Assembly (NCBI GenBank): GCA_946407055.1
Contig: CAMJMP010000001.1
Location: 6,847 to 70,846 of the forward strand
Reading direction: 5' to 3'
From: an uncultured Mycoplasmatota bacterium
GTDB lineage: Bacteria; Bacillota_I; Bacilli_A; RF39; UBA660
Length of the DNA: 64,000 bases
Positions 10,091 through 19,491 of the stretch are shown piece by piece. Both the position numbers and the translations under genes were made by a program. Position 1 is the first letter of the stretch. Every line of letters begins with the position of its first letter. The notes beneath the pieces are model-generated. The model searched no databases, had not been told where the DNA came from, and saw nothing but the letters and a program-made list of their open reading frames with translations.

Positions 10091-10443
10091 GCAGTGATTT
10101 AGAAATTGAGGATTGGTATTCGTATAAACAATTATTACAAATCTATCATAAATTCTTTTCATTAGGATTTTTAGATACTGATTTTAAAACCAAAATGGCT
10201 TTAATTTCATTAATTTGTTATACGACACATAAATTAAAATCCAAAAAACCAGATATTACGCATTACCAAATCATTCAAAAATTGGCTGTAGGTAAAGGTA
10301 TTCCAGACAGATATTTAAAGGCTCTGGCGGTCGTTTGCGATGAATTTGGTTATGGATGTACGGAATTTCCAACTTTTGATTTAAATGAAAAAGAAATCTT
10401 AAATACCATTAAAGATATTTTTGATAAATTTGTTCCATTTTAA
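10087..10443 (+). CDS. Hypothetical protein
   Basis: 118-aa ORF overlapping the upstream stop by 4 nt. Confidence 0.35.
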   Translation: MSSDLEIEDWYSYKQLLQIYHKFFSLGFLDTDFKTKMALISLICYTTHKLKSKKPDITHYQIIQKLAVGKGIPDRYLKALAVVCDEFGYGCTEFPTFDLNEKEILNTIKDIFDKFVPF

Positions 10444-10551
10444 CAAAAATTAATATTTAAAATATTTGGAAATTTCAGAAAGCAGATGTATATTTGTATC
10501 AGCTTTTCGGGAAAAGAAAAGTTGAAAAAATCAAAAATTTATATTAAAATA

Positions 10552-10583
10552 TTTGTTAGTATAAAAATTAATATATATATTTG
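10552..10583 (+). promoter_or_regulatory. Putative Bacteroidota-type promoter (-33 TTTG, 20-nt spacer, -7 TATATTTG)
   Basis: TTTG at 10552-10555 and TAnnTTTG at 10576-10583, 58 nt upstream of the highly expressed gene at 10641. Confidence 0.35.
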
Positions 10584-10640
10584 ATTTAGAATTTTTAGAT
10601 CATGTTAATAAGAATAAATGTTTAATAAAAAAGTAAAATT

Positions 10641-11273
10641 ATGGCAGAGAAAATTTTAAATTTTGAGAAAGTAGAGTTTACAGCAGCTAATCTTGACGAG
10701 GCTAAGTCATTCGCACCATTTGGTATTCAGGGAAACGCAACACAGGCATATAAGAAGTGGCTTTCAGAGCAGACTGGTATTGTAACAGAGTCAGCTAAGA
10801 AGCAGTTCTTCCTTGATTATCTTAAGAAGAAAACTAAGAATGTTGAGGGTTCTGGTTATATCATTGTAGAGGAGTCTGCAATTGTTGACAAGCGTGAACG
10901 TCCTTACAAGAAAATTAACGTAAAGAACGAGAACGGTAAGCGTGAGTGGGTAACTAACTTCGACATCGTTGGTAAGGCATCTGGTAAGGTTTATGCTACT
11001 GTTACACTTGACGACGCAAAGAAATTCGCTAAGGTTACAGTTAAGAACGATGGTGAAAACAACGAAGCAGAGAAGGAAATCCGCGTTAAGAAAGCTGATG
11101 CTGATAAGGTAGCTAAGAAACTCTTCACTGATGGTGTAATCAAGGAAGATGTTGTTATTCTTTACAAGAAAGTAACACGTAATCCAGAGCAGGCTATTGC
11201 TGCTGTTTATGAGTATACTCCTTCTAAGAATACAAGACCTGGTAAGTATATCGCTTTTGGTATCAAGGCTTAA
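10641..11273 (+). CDS. Highly expressed lysine-rich protein of unknown function
   Basis: Markedly GC-richer optimal-codon usage, an isolated transcription unit with a promoter-like AT tract upstream and a strong terminator downstream. Confidence 0.5.
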   Translation: MAEKILNFEKVEFTAANLDEAKSFAPFGIQGNATQAYKKWLSEQTGIVTESAKKQFFLDYLKKKTKNVEGSGYIIVEESAIVDKRERPYKKINVKNENGKREWVTNFDIVGKASGKVYATVTLDDAKKFAKVTVKNDGENNEAEKEIRVKKADADKVAKKLFTDGVIKEDVVILYKKVTRNPEQAIAAVYEYTPSKNTRPGKYIAFGIKA

Positions 11274-11289
11274 TCTTTTTTAATATAAT

Positions 11290-11327
11290 AGGCGATGTTG
11301 AGAAATCAGCATCGCCTATTTTTTTAT
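11290..11327 (+). terminator. Rho-independent terminator
   Basis: Hairpin AGGCGATG-(12 nt loop)-CATCGCCT followed by a run of seven Ts. Confidence 0.7.
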
Positions 11328-11355
11328 TACAACACGAAAGTGAAACTAACGGCGG

Positions 11356-11949
11356 ATGCGTCAAATAAACACAATTACTAAAAATGTTACATTTATTCCC
11401 GTAAAAGGAACTGACTTTTATAATGATTTCTTTGATAAAGAAGGAAATGTAGAGGTTGAAAGTGTAATAGAATCAATCTATTGTAACTCCATCTTACGTT
11501 CTACAAGCGGAAAAACCGATGTTATTAAAAAGAGATTTTTAAAAGGAGTTACAGATGGATTAATTAGGTTTAAATTTGATGATGATAGCAAGTTTAAATT
11601 TTTCGGAATACAGGAATGTAAAAGGTCAATTAAACGAAATTCGGCAGCATATAAGTATCAAATAAATCAGGCTTTACTTTATTTTGTACAAATGATGCAA
11701 GAAAATTGTAAAGTTTTGATTATCAATTCTGTGAATTATTTCGATTATATTTTAATTGATGAAAACATAGACATCATTAATAAATTTAAACAAGATTTAA
11801 AAGATTTATTAAAATTAGAATCTCCAAGTAAAGCGTGTAAAAAGTGTAACTTTATAAATTTACATGATTTAAACATTCATACTTGTGATGTACCTAATAA
11901 AGTTGAGATAGATAAAATAATGTTAAATATTTATAGAAACTGCATATGA
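11356..11949 (+). CDS. Hypothetical protein (possible nuclease: 'ECK...QALLY')
   Basis: 197-aa ORF with weak ExK and QxxxY-like motifs. Confidence 0.3.
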   Translation: MRQINTITKNVTFIPVKGTDFYNDFFDKEGNVEVESVIESIYCNSILRSTSGKTDVIKKRFLKGVTDGLIRFKFDDDSKFKFFGIQECKRSIKRNSAAYKYQINQALLYFVQMMQENCKVLIINSVNYFDYILIDENIDIINKFKQDLKDLLKLESPSKACKKCNFINLHDLNIHTCDVPNKVEIDKIMLNIYRNCI

Positions 11950-12338
11950 ACACACTTGAAAAAATTTATAATAAAGCAATGAAGCAATTTGGTATTTTAT
12001 CTCTTAAAGAAACACAAAGTATTGTAAAGAAGAAGTTTGGAAATGTTGCTAATGAAATTCCAGATGAACAACTTTATAAAGTATCTACCAAGTTTACTTG
12101 GATTACAGACTTAAGTTTCATTGATAATATTACTAACCTTATCCGTCACAATATTTATGAATATGTTGGACTTAAGTATGGTATTATAAATAAGAACTAC
12201 AAACTTGATTTTGTCGATGAAAGTGGTGCTTATTTAATTTCACCAGAAGATTATATAAAGGCAACATCAAAGACTATCTCATTTGGTGGAGAAGATTATA
12301 CATTTAATTACTGTGTACCTGAAGGTGAGGTTTTCTAA
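11946..12338 (+). CDS. Hypothetical protein
   Basis: 130-aa ORF overlapping the upstream stop by 4 nt. Confidence 0.35.
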   Translation: MNTLEKIYNKAMKQFGILSLKETQSIVKKKFGNVANEIPDEQLYKVSTKFTWITDLSFIDNITNLIRHNIYEYVGLKYGIINKNYKLDFVDESGAYLISPEDYIKATSKTISFGGEDYTFNYCVPEGEVF

Positions 12339-13127
12339 TTGATTACTATGGAATTAAAACTTGAAGAATTACTAAAGGGTAAAGCAACTCGAATTAAGGA
12401 AAATGACTTTTTTCCAACTGCAGCTTATGTAGAACCATTTATAGAAAGAATGTCTAAATTCACTTCTGATTTTAGAATTGAGGCAAAACTCCCAGATCAA
12501 ATTACTAAGACTTCTAATGGAGATATTAATTATGATGATATTACCTATAATCGTGTTTGGATTCAAGCAGTGATGCCTGAAGAATATGCTTTTGACAATC
12601 ACGATGAAGTTGTTGGTATGGTATATGGTTTAGATTGTCGCAAACCAATTGTAAAGTTATACAGAGGTGGTCTTAATAGAGCTTGTACTAATCTTTGTGT
12701 ATTCGATCCTTCTTTTCTACATATTCAAGAAATTGAAGCAGAAAAGCCATTTAATTATAAACCTATTCGTCAAATGATGGAGCAAACTTGTGACCTTAAA
12801 GCATGGCTTAATAAACTTCACACTACTTCATTTGCTACTGATTATGTTTCAATAAATGAATCACTTGGCGAGTGGATTCGTAATTCTATTGCTCTATCTT
12901 ACGATAACGGATTTGGAAAAGTTAAATTAAGTGCGACAAATATAATTGATACATATAAAGATCTTTTTGAGAAAAAAGATTCGCCTTATTATGTCGGTGA
13001 AGGAAACGATACTACAATGTTTAATGTATATAATGCATTTACCCAACAAATCACTGACGATAAACGAGATATTATGAATAAAGTAGAGAAAACTTTACTT
13101 ATTAAAGATATTCTTGGTTCCTTCTAA
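12339..13127 (+). CDS. Hypothetical protein
   Basis: 262-aa ORF. Confidence 0.4.
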   Translation: MITMELKLEELLKGKATRIKENDFFPTAAYVEPFIERMSKFTSDFRIEAKLPDQITKTSNGDINYDDITYNRVWIQAVMPEEYAFDNHDEVVGMVYGLDCRKPIVKLYRGGLNRACTNLCVFDPSFLHIQEIEAEKPFNYKPIRQMMEQTCDLKAWLNKLHTTSFATDYVSINESLGEWIRNSIALSYDNGFGKVKLSATNIIDTYKDLFEKKDSPYYVGEGNDTTMFNVYNAFTQQITDDKRDIMNKVEKTLLIKDILGSF

Positions 13128-13187
13128 AATAATTTGTTTAAGTGAGAATTAATGTGTATATTAGTTTTCACTTAAATATAAAAAATA

Positions 13188-15341
13188 ATGGATATAAAAG
13201 TAATTAACAAATGCGGTATTTTAGAAGATTTCGATCCACAGAGAATTGCAACTGCAATTCGAAAGAGTGCTAGTCGAGTGTTTGTGGATCTTACTGATGA
13301 CGATTGTAAAAAAGTATCAGATTACGTATATTCTACTTTAACTGAGAATGTTCCAGTTAAAACACTTCATAATATAGTAGAATGTGCATTAGATCATTGT
13401 GGTTTTAATTCAGTTGCAGAATCTTATCGTAGTTATCGTAACTATAAAACTGATATTAAAGAAATTTGGGAAGCGGTAATTAATAAAGAAATAGAATTAG
13501 ATTCTCAACCAGATCATTCTAATGCTAATTGTAATTCACAGTTAGTATCTACTAAAGGTATTCTTACTTATGGTGAGTTCCTTAAAGAATCTTATATGAG
13601 ATTCTTCTTAACACCAGAAGAAAGAAAAGCTGTAAATGAAGGATTTATTTACCCACATGATATGAAAGACCGATATAGAACATATAATTGTTGTTTATTA
13701 AATGTTGGTCGTATTATGAAAGGTGGATTTACTCTTGAAAATATGCCTTATACAGAACCAGGCAGTGTAGCTGCTGCGATAGCAGTTGCATCTGATATTA
13801 TAAGCGTTACTGCAGGAAATCAATATGGTGGTCTTACTTGGCCTCAAGTTGATGAGGATTTATCTTATTACTGTCAAAAATCATATAATTTTTATATTAA
13901 AGAATATAGTAATATTATAGGAGATGCTGGTTGTGGTGTAGACCCTCGTAAAGCAGATGACTATGCTTATAAAAAAGTAAAGAGAGAAATACAGCAAGGT
14001 TATCAAGGTATCGAACATACATTTAACAGTGTTTCATCTTGTAGAGGTGATTTTCCATTTATTAGTTTTAGTTTTGGTAACGGAACTGACAGATGGTCTA
14101 AACTTGTAAGTCAAACTATTCTTGAAACAAGAATGGGTGGTCAAGGTAAACCTGGTGGTAAAACACCTGTATTATTCCCTAAACTTATCTTTACTTATAG
14201 AGATGAGATACACGGAAAAGGTGGTATATCTGAAGATTTATTTGATTTAGCTGCTAAATGTTCTAAAGATACAATGTATCCTGATTTCTTAAGTCTTGAT
14301 GCTGGTTATGTTGGTAATATGTATAAGAAGACAGGCAAGATTATAACCATGATGGGTTGTAGAGCGTGTCTATCTCCTGATTATAATGAAGATGGAGAAC
14401 TTCTTATAAACAGATGTAATATGGGAGTTATTTCTCTCAATTTACCTATGTTCTATCAAAAGGCTAAATTAGAAAACAAAACTTTTTATGAAGTATTTGA
14501 TTATTACTTTGAATTAGCAAGACAAATTAATCTTAGAACTATTGAATATCTGAAAAGAAAACTTAAAGGAGCAAGTAGTCCACTTGCATTTATGGAAGGT
14601 GGATTTGATGATGGTTATGTTGGACCAAATGATTCTGTAGCTCCAATTCTTAAACATTCAACTATAAGTTTCGGTTATGGTGGTCTTAGTGAATTACAAA
14701 CTTTATATAATAAGGATCATAACATTGAAACTCATTACTATGAAGATTGTAATTTTGCTAAAGAAGTAATGACTTATTTTAATGATAAAGTAGAAGAAAT
14801 TAAGAAATCTGACAATGTACTTTATGCAATTTATGGAACTCCAGGTGAATCTTGGCTTCCACGTGCTTGTGATCAATTTGTTGAAATGTATGGACAAATT
14901 GAAGGAGTAACAGAAAAAGGTTTCTTCTCTAATTCATTCCATATTAACGTTGATGAAGACGTAACACCTATTGAGAAGATTAATTTTGAAAATCAATTCT
15001 TCCCATTATCTAAAGGTGGTTCAATTTGTCACGTTAAAATTCCTTCTATTTCTGATGAAATGTTAGAAGGTGTTAAAGCCATTATTCGTCATGCTATGAA
15101 AATTGGTAACTATCAATCTGTAAATCACGCAGCTAATAGATGTACTGATTGCGGACACCATTGGATTGGTGATGATAGTATGCCTTATGAACAGAACTAT
15201 AGATGTCCTGTTTGTGGTAGTATGAACACTGTCGGAATTCGTAGAATGAATGGTTATCTTGGATATTCTAAAACAATACTCGGAGTTAATAAATTTAACA
15301 AAGGTAAAATTAAAGAATTTAAACTAAGAAAAAATCTATAA
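13188..15341 (+). CDS. nrdD: Anaerobic ribonucleoside-triphosphate reductase (class III)
   Basis: N-terminal ATP-cone-like segment, C-terminal zinc ribbon 'CTDCGH...CPVCGS', and the glycyl-radical motif 'RRMNGYLGY'. Confidence 0.85.
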   Translation: MDIKVINKCGILEDFDPQRIATAIRKSASRVFVDLTDDDCKKVSDYVYSTLTENVPVKTLHNIVECALDHCGFNSVAESYRSYRNYKTDIKEIWEAVINKEIELDSQPDHSNANCNSQLVSTKGILTYGEFLKESYMRFFLTPEERKAVNEGFIYPHDMKDRYRTYNCCLLNVGRIMKGGFTLENMPYTEPGSVAAAIAVASDIISVTAGNQYGGLTWPQVDEDLSYYCQKSYNFYIKEYSNIIGDAGCGVDPRKADDYAYKKVKREIQQGYQGIEHTFNSVSSCRGDFPFISFSFGNGTDRWSKLVSQTILETRMGGQGKPGGKTPVLFPKLIFTYRDEIHGKGGISEDLFDLAAKCSKDTMYPDFLSLDAGYVGNMYKKTGKIITMMGCRACLSPDYNEDGELLINRCNMGVISLNLPMFYQKAKLENKTFYEVFDYYFELARQINLRTIEYLKRKLKGASSPLAFMEGGFDDGYVGPNDSVAPILKHSTISFGYGGLSELQTLYNKDHNIETHYYEDCNFAKEVMTYFNDKVEEIKKSDNVLYAIYGTPGESWLPRACDQFVEMYGQIEGVTEKGFFSNSFHINVDEDVTPIEKINFENQFFPLSKGGSICHVKIPSISDEMLEGVKAIIRHAMKIGNYQSVNHAANRCTDCGHHWIGDDSMPYEQNYRCPVCGSMNTVGIRRMNGYLGYSKTILGVNKFNKGKIKEFKLRKNL

Positions 15342-15541
15342 TGAAAAAATATACAGTAAGATTTTTGGTACAAGCTAAAATATTAGATTGTATAACAGCA
15401 GAAGTAGAAACAGAATCTGAAGATGAAATTTTAGACGAATTAAAGGATGGTAACTATAAAATATTGGATAGTTATGACTCTGATTATTCTTCAGATCCTG
15501 AATCAATTACTAGTTTTGAATTTTTAAGCGACATTAAGTAA
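15341..15541 (+). CDS. Hypothetical small acidic protein
   Basis: 66-aa ORF overlapping the nrdD stop (ATGA). Confidence 0.35.
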   Translation: MKKYTVRFLVQAKILDCITAEVETESEDEILDELKDGNYKILDSYDSDYSSDPESITSFEFLSDIK

Positions 15542-15993
15542 TGGATAAAAGAGAATTTTTATATAATAGACTTGGTTGGAATTACGAAGACGCCATTTCT
15601 ACATGGGAAATTTATAAATGGTTTCTAGACTATTGTGATTTAACTATGATTAATTTCGATGAAGAAGATTTTGAAAACGAAATTATTTATAATCTTAATG
15701 ATCTAGAACAAATAATTGGAGAAATTATTTGTGAATATTTTGAAGATGGTAATGCGTTTGATGATAAACTAGTAGATAATGATTTCTATGAAGATTTAGA
15801 TTGTCATTATTTTATTACACTTTATTCTCCAAACGTTATTAAAATAGATTTTTCAGAATTATTTAGCGAAGTAATAGACTTTGCTGGATCATATAATATA
15901 GAAGTTCCAAAAATTAAAGAGAATGGAAAAGTACTTTTAAGTATTTTAGATAAGTTAAATCAGAAATATCCTTTTAAATTTACACATCCTTAA
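15541..15993 (+). CDS. Hypothetical acidic protein
   Basis: 150-aa ORF. Confidence 0.4.
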   Translation: MDKREFLYNRLGWNYEDAISTWEIYKWFLDYCDLTMINFDEEDFENEIIYNLNDLEQIIGEIICEYFEDGNAFDDKLVDNDFYEDLDCHYFITLYSPNVIKIDFSELFSEVIDFAGSYNIEVPKIKENGKVLLSILDKLNQKYPFKFTHP

Positions 15994-15997
15994 TAAT

Positions 15998-16162
15998 ATG
16001 AAAAAGTACAATAAACCTACAATGAAAGTACATACTTGTGCTTTATCAAATGAAGTATTAAGATGCTGTTGCTGTGGAAGTGGATGTTGTGGTGGACGTT
16101 ATGGAAGAGCAAAAGCAATAGATTCTGATTTCGAGGATACAAACTTGATTAATAATGAGTAA
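15998..16162 (+). CDS. Cysteine-rich small protein (54 aa, 'RCCCCGSGCCGG')
   Basis: ORF not in the supplied track because it is under 60 aa; cysteine cluster; overlaps the next gene. Confidence 0.3.
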   Translation: MKKYNKPTMKVHTCALSNEVLRCCCCGSGCCGGRYGRAKAIDSDFEDTNLINNE

Positions 16163-16358
16163 CAATAATAAAAATCTAATTAAAGGTGGTATTGCTTTTT
16201 TAGGTATATTTCTAATTCTAATTGGAACTATGTTTGAATTGCCTGCAATAAAATGGAGTTTAATTGGAGTTGGAGTTTTAGCAAATTTATGGTTTGGCTA
16301 TCATGTATTTACTGATAATCCTACTAAAGACGATCCTACTGCAAGTAAAGAATCTTAA
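16155..16358 (+). CDS. Small membrane protein (two predicted transmembrane helices)
   Basis: Hydrophobic segments 'IAFLGIFLILIGTMF' and 'LIGVGVLANLWFGY'. Confidence 0.4.
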   Translation: MSNNNKNLIKGGIAFLGIFLILIGTMFELPAIKWSLIGVGVLANLWFGYHVFTDNPTKDDPTASKES

Positions 16359-16360
16359 AA

Positions 16361-16855
16361 ATGATTATACATATTTACGATGATGATTTATTAAATGGAG
16401 ATGGCATCCGTGAAGTGGTTTTCCTTCAGGGGTGCCATCATCATTGTAAAGGATGTTTTAATTCTGAGACTTGGGAATTTAAAGTTCCAAGTTTTGATGA
16501 CGAACTCAAAGATGCAGAAAAATTAATGCATCTTGAGAATAAACTAAAGGAAGATTACATTGCTGGAGTTACAATAAGTGGAGGTGATCCATTAGCTCCA
16601 GAAAATGTAAAACAAACTAGCTTAATTGTTGATCTTGCTAAAAAATATAATAAAACTGTATGGATATATACAGGATATTTATATGAGGATTTAATAAATA
16701 AATATTATATTTTATTAAGTAATGTTGATGTATTATGTGATGGTCCTTTTATAGAAGAATTAAAATCTCCTAATAAACCTTGGGTTGGAAGTTCCAATCA
16801 AAGAGTGATAGATGTTCAAAAATCAATAAAACAAGGTACTGTAGTATTAAAATGA
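16361..16855 (+). CDS. nrdG: Anaerobic ribonucleotide reductase activating protein (radical SAM)
   Basis: 'FLQGCHHHCKGCFNSETW', 'SGGDPLAPENV', 'WIYTGY' and 'WVGSSNQRV' all align with conserved NrdG blocks. Confidence 0.85.
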   Translation: MIIHIYDDDLLNGDGIREVVFLQGCHHHCKGCFNSETWEFKVPSFDDELKDAEKLMHLENKLKEDYIAGVTISGGDPLAPENVKQTSLIVDLAKKYNKTVWIYTGYLYEDLINKYYILLSNVDVLCDGPFIEELKSPNKPWVGSSNQRVIDVQKSIKQGTVVLK

Positions 16856-17169
16856 AAGAAGAGTCTTTATCAAAAGAGTTAGATCGTAAAAGAACTGAAC
16901 TTTCCGATTATTTTAAAAGTTTAGATCTTGAAGATAGAACTATGATCTATAAGAAAGCACGAGAACTTTATGAAACTGAAGAACTTCAAGAAGCTTTTGT
17001 TAAAGGATATGAATATTCTTCAGAACAACCTTCTGCTCGTGTAATTCATACAGTAGCAATGTATGTATTTGATTATATTAAGAGTAAAGCAAATTACATC
17101 AATATAATTAAAAAGATATATCAGTTATATAGAGAATATTTACCAACTTTGAAGAAAGATGAAAAATAA
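16852..17169 (+). CDS. Hypothetical protein
   Basis: ORF with an ATG at 16852 overlapping the nrdG stop. Confidence 0.35.
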   Translation: MKEESLSKELDRKRTELSDYFKSLDLEDRTMIYKKARELYETEELQEAFVKGYEYSSEQPSARVIHTVAMYVFDYIKSKANYINIIKKIYQLYREYLPTLKKDEK

Positions 17170-17290
17170 ATACGGAACTTGTTGTTGCTGTGGCAAACCT
17201 CTTACAAAAGAGGATAAGTTTTATTATGATTTAGATAGTTATTGTATTGATTGTGCAATACGTGACGGAATTAGAATTTCAAAAGATTAA
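17159..17290 (+). CDS. Small zinc-ribbon protein (43 aa, 'TCCCCGKP...CIDC')
   Basis: Short ORF below the track cutoff; Cys motifs; shares the 'CCCCG' motif with the ORF at 15998. Confidence 0.3.
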   Translation: MKNKYGTCCCCGKPLTKEDKFYYDLDSYCIDCAIRDGIRISKD

Positions 17291-17293
17291 ATT

Positions 17294-17893
17294 ATGAAAC
17301 ATATTATTATTGTTGATTGTCAAGAGGATTTTTGCAATCCAGAAGGTGCACTTTATGTAAAAGGTGCTGAAGTAGCAGTTGAGAACATTAAAAAGTATCT
17401 TGAATCATTAAAAGATGAAAAGGATACTGTAAATGTTATATTTACAGTGGATTGGCATCCTCTTACTCATTGTTCTTTTAAAGAGAATGGTGGTCAGTGG
17501 CCTGTTCATTGTGTTAAATATACAAAAGGTTCTAATATTGTAGAACCTTTGATAAAAGCAGCATATTCAATACAGAAATATCCTGAAATCATCAAGAAGG
17601 GTTCTGATGAAAACAAGGAAGAATATGGAGCATTTGCACACTTTATCAATGAATTTTTATCTAATGGTGAAGTTGAATTCAAAGTAAACGGTGATAATTT
17701 TGATTATATAAGTTTCTATAGAGAAGACGATGAATTTATCATTTGTGGTGTAGCAGGTGATTATTGTGTTTATGAAACATATAAGAATCTTAAATGTATT
17801 GGTATGAATATAACTCCATATTATGATGGTATCGCTTTCATTGGTGAGAAATTTGATTTTGAAAAGCAATTTGAACTTGAATCTGAAGAATAA
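17294..17893 (+). CDS. pncA: Nicotinamidase / isochorismatase-family hydrolase
   Basis: 'IIVDCQEDFCNPEGAL', 'DWHPLTHCSF', 'WPVHCV' and 'ICGVAGDYCV' align with PncA catalytic and metal-binding blocks. Confidence 0.7.
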   Translation: MKHIIIVDCQEDFCNPEGALYVKGAEVAVENIKKYLESLKDEKDTVNVIFTVDWHPLTHCSFKENGGQWPVHCVKYTKGSNIVEPLIKAAYSIQKYPEIIKKGSDENKEEYGAFAHFINEFLSNGEVEFKVNGDNFDYISFYREDDEFIICGVAGDYCVYETYKNLKCIGMNITPYYDGIAFIGEKFDFEKQFELESEE

Positions 17894-18477
17894 TGAAAAA
17901 TCAACCTTGTTATGATATAGAAGGCAATCCAATAGGATGGCTTTCTCGTTCTGTTTGTGTAGTAACTCTTATTGTTGCTAAAGTAAAAGGTAAATACTAT
18001 GTTCTTGCATCACAAAGAGGTAAAGGAACTCCAGATCCAGAATTTGTTGGATCTTGGAACTTATGTTGTGGTTATCTTGATTATAATGAAACATTAAGAC
18101 ACGCTGCAACTCGTGAATTATTTGAAGAAACAGGTGTTATTGTTAAACCTGATAATTTAGTATTTTATAAAATCAATGATGATCCTTTTGGCGATAAACG
18201 TCAAAATATAACATTTAGATATTTCTATTTGTTAAAACGTGATTATCTTCCTACTACAACTAATTCTTATAGTGAAACAGATGAAGTTGAAAAAATTGAA
18301 TGGATTCCTATTGAAAAGATTAATAACTTTAAATGGGCATTTAATCATAAGGAATTGGTTAATGAAATGCTAGATTATTATATATTTAAAAATAATCTTT
18401 CTTTATGGCAACGCATAAGTACAAAGGTAAAGAATATGAAATCCAAACTGGTAAAAAAGGTGGTCAGTTCTTTGTAG
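17893..18477 (+). CDS. Nudix hydrolase
   Basis: Nudix box 'LRHAATRELFEETGV'. Confidence 0.75.
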   Translation: MKNQPCYDIEGNPIGWLSRSVCVVTLIVAKVKGKYYVLASQRGKGTPDPEFVGSWNLCCGYLDYNETLRHAATRELFEETGVIVKPDNLVFYKINDDPFGDKRQNITFRYFYLLKRDYLPTTTNSYSETDEVEKIEWIPIEKINNFKWAFNHKELVNEMLDYYIFKNNLSLWQRISTKVKNMKSKLVKKVVSSL

Positions 18478-18749
18478 ATGATGAAGGCAAAAAGCATTAT
18501 CTAAAATCAGCTACACCTACAGTTAAAAAGAAAAAGAAGTCTACAGAAGCTATTAAAAAAGAAGAAGAATTTAAGGACTTCTTAAAAAGATACATTTGTT
18601 ATTATAGGAAAGTAGATGATAATGGAGAAATAATTGATGATTTCAAAGAATGGACTGATGCTAATTCGTATGATGAAGCACAAAGACATTTTGAAAATGA
18701 ATATCGTCATGATCCAAGTATTAAAATCGACTTAATAATGAGAGAATGA
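18405..18749 (+). CDS. Hypothetical lysine-rich protein
   Basis: 114-aa ORF overlapping the end of the Nudix gene. Confidence 0.3.
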   Translation: MATHKYKGKEYEIQTGKKGGQFFVDDEGKKHYLKSATPTVKKKKKSTEAIKKEEEFKDFLKRYICYYRKVDDNGEIIDDFKEWTDANSYDEAQRHFENEYRHDPSIKIDLIMRE

Positions 18750-18815
18750 ATACATTCGCTTGTATACTATTTATTATGTTAATAATCGGATTCCTTGGGT
18801 TCGGTTATTATTTAA

Positions 18816-19076
18816 TTGATAAATCAAATGAAAATTTACCTAATTCATAATTTTGATGATATTCCATCTGAAGTACTTGAATATGAACCTATCATTATTA
18901 ATGAGGGTAATTTCAAGGAAAAGAAAGATGCATATAAAATTAAAGGTAGATTTGCTGCAAGAAAAACTCCTTTTATTGGTATTATCGATGATGATAATAA
19001 CCTAATAAAAGGATTTTATTCTGAAGCTAGTAGTAATGTTTTTAAAGATTTCTTAGAATATGAGAAACAGAAATGA
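18816..19076 (+). CDS. Hypothetical protein
   Basis: 86-aa ORF. Confidence 0.35.
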   Translation: MINQMKIYLIHNFDDIPSEVLEYEPIIINEGNFKEKKDAYKIKGRFAARKTPFIGIIDDDNNLIKGFYSEASSNVFKDFLEYEKQK

Positions 19077-19491
19077 GAAAATCCCAGGAATTACAAGCCT
19101 TCCGAAAAACATTTATGAACTTCTTAAACTTAAACTAACACCTGAAAACGAACTTGAAAATTTAGTTAAAGATCCAAAATTAATTGAAGGAATTAAAAAT
19201 TCTAAATCTGGTTGGATTAAGATTAAGAAAATTTCTAATAATATTGGATATTTATTTACAAATGAATCAGTATCTGGTTGGTTTGCAATATTAACAAAAG
19301 GAATGTCTTTACACTTGGGAGATGATTCACAGTTCTATTATACTTCTAACATTGTAGATATAGATTGGGATAAGAAACTATTTTTAACATTAAATTCTAT
19401 TTATTCATTTGAAATAACAGAATATGATGCTAAAGATATGATAGATGCTATTGAAGAACTATTCTCATCAAACGAAAATGCTGAAAGTTAA
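19060..19491 (+). CDS. Hypothetical protein
   Basis: 143-aa ORF. Confidence 0.35.
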   Translation: MRNRNEKIPGITSLPKNIYELLKLKLTPENELENLVKDPKLIEGIKNSKSGWIKIKKISNNIGYLFTNESVSGWFAILTKGMSLHLGDDSQFYYTSNIVDIDWDKKLFLTLNSIYSFEITEYDAKDMIDAIEELFSSNENAES

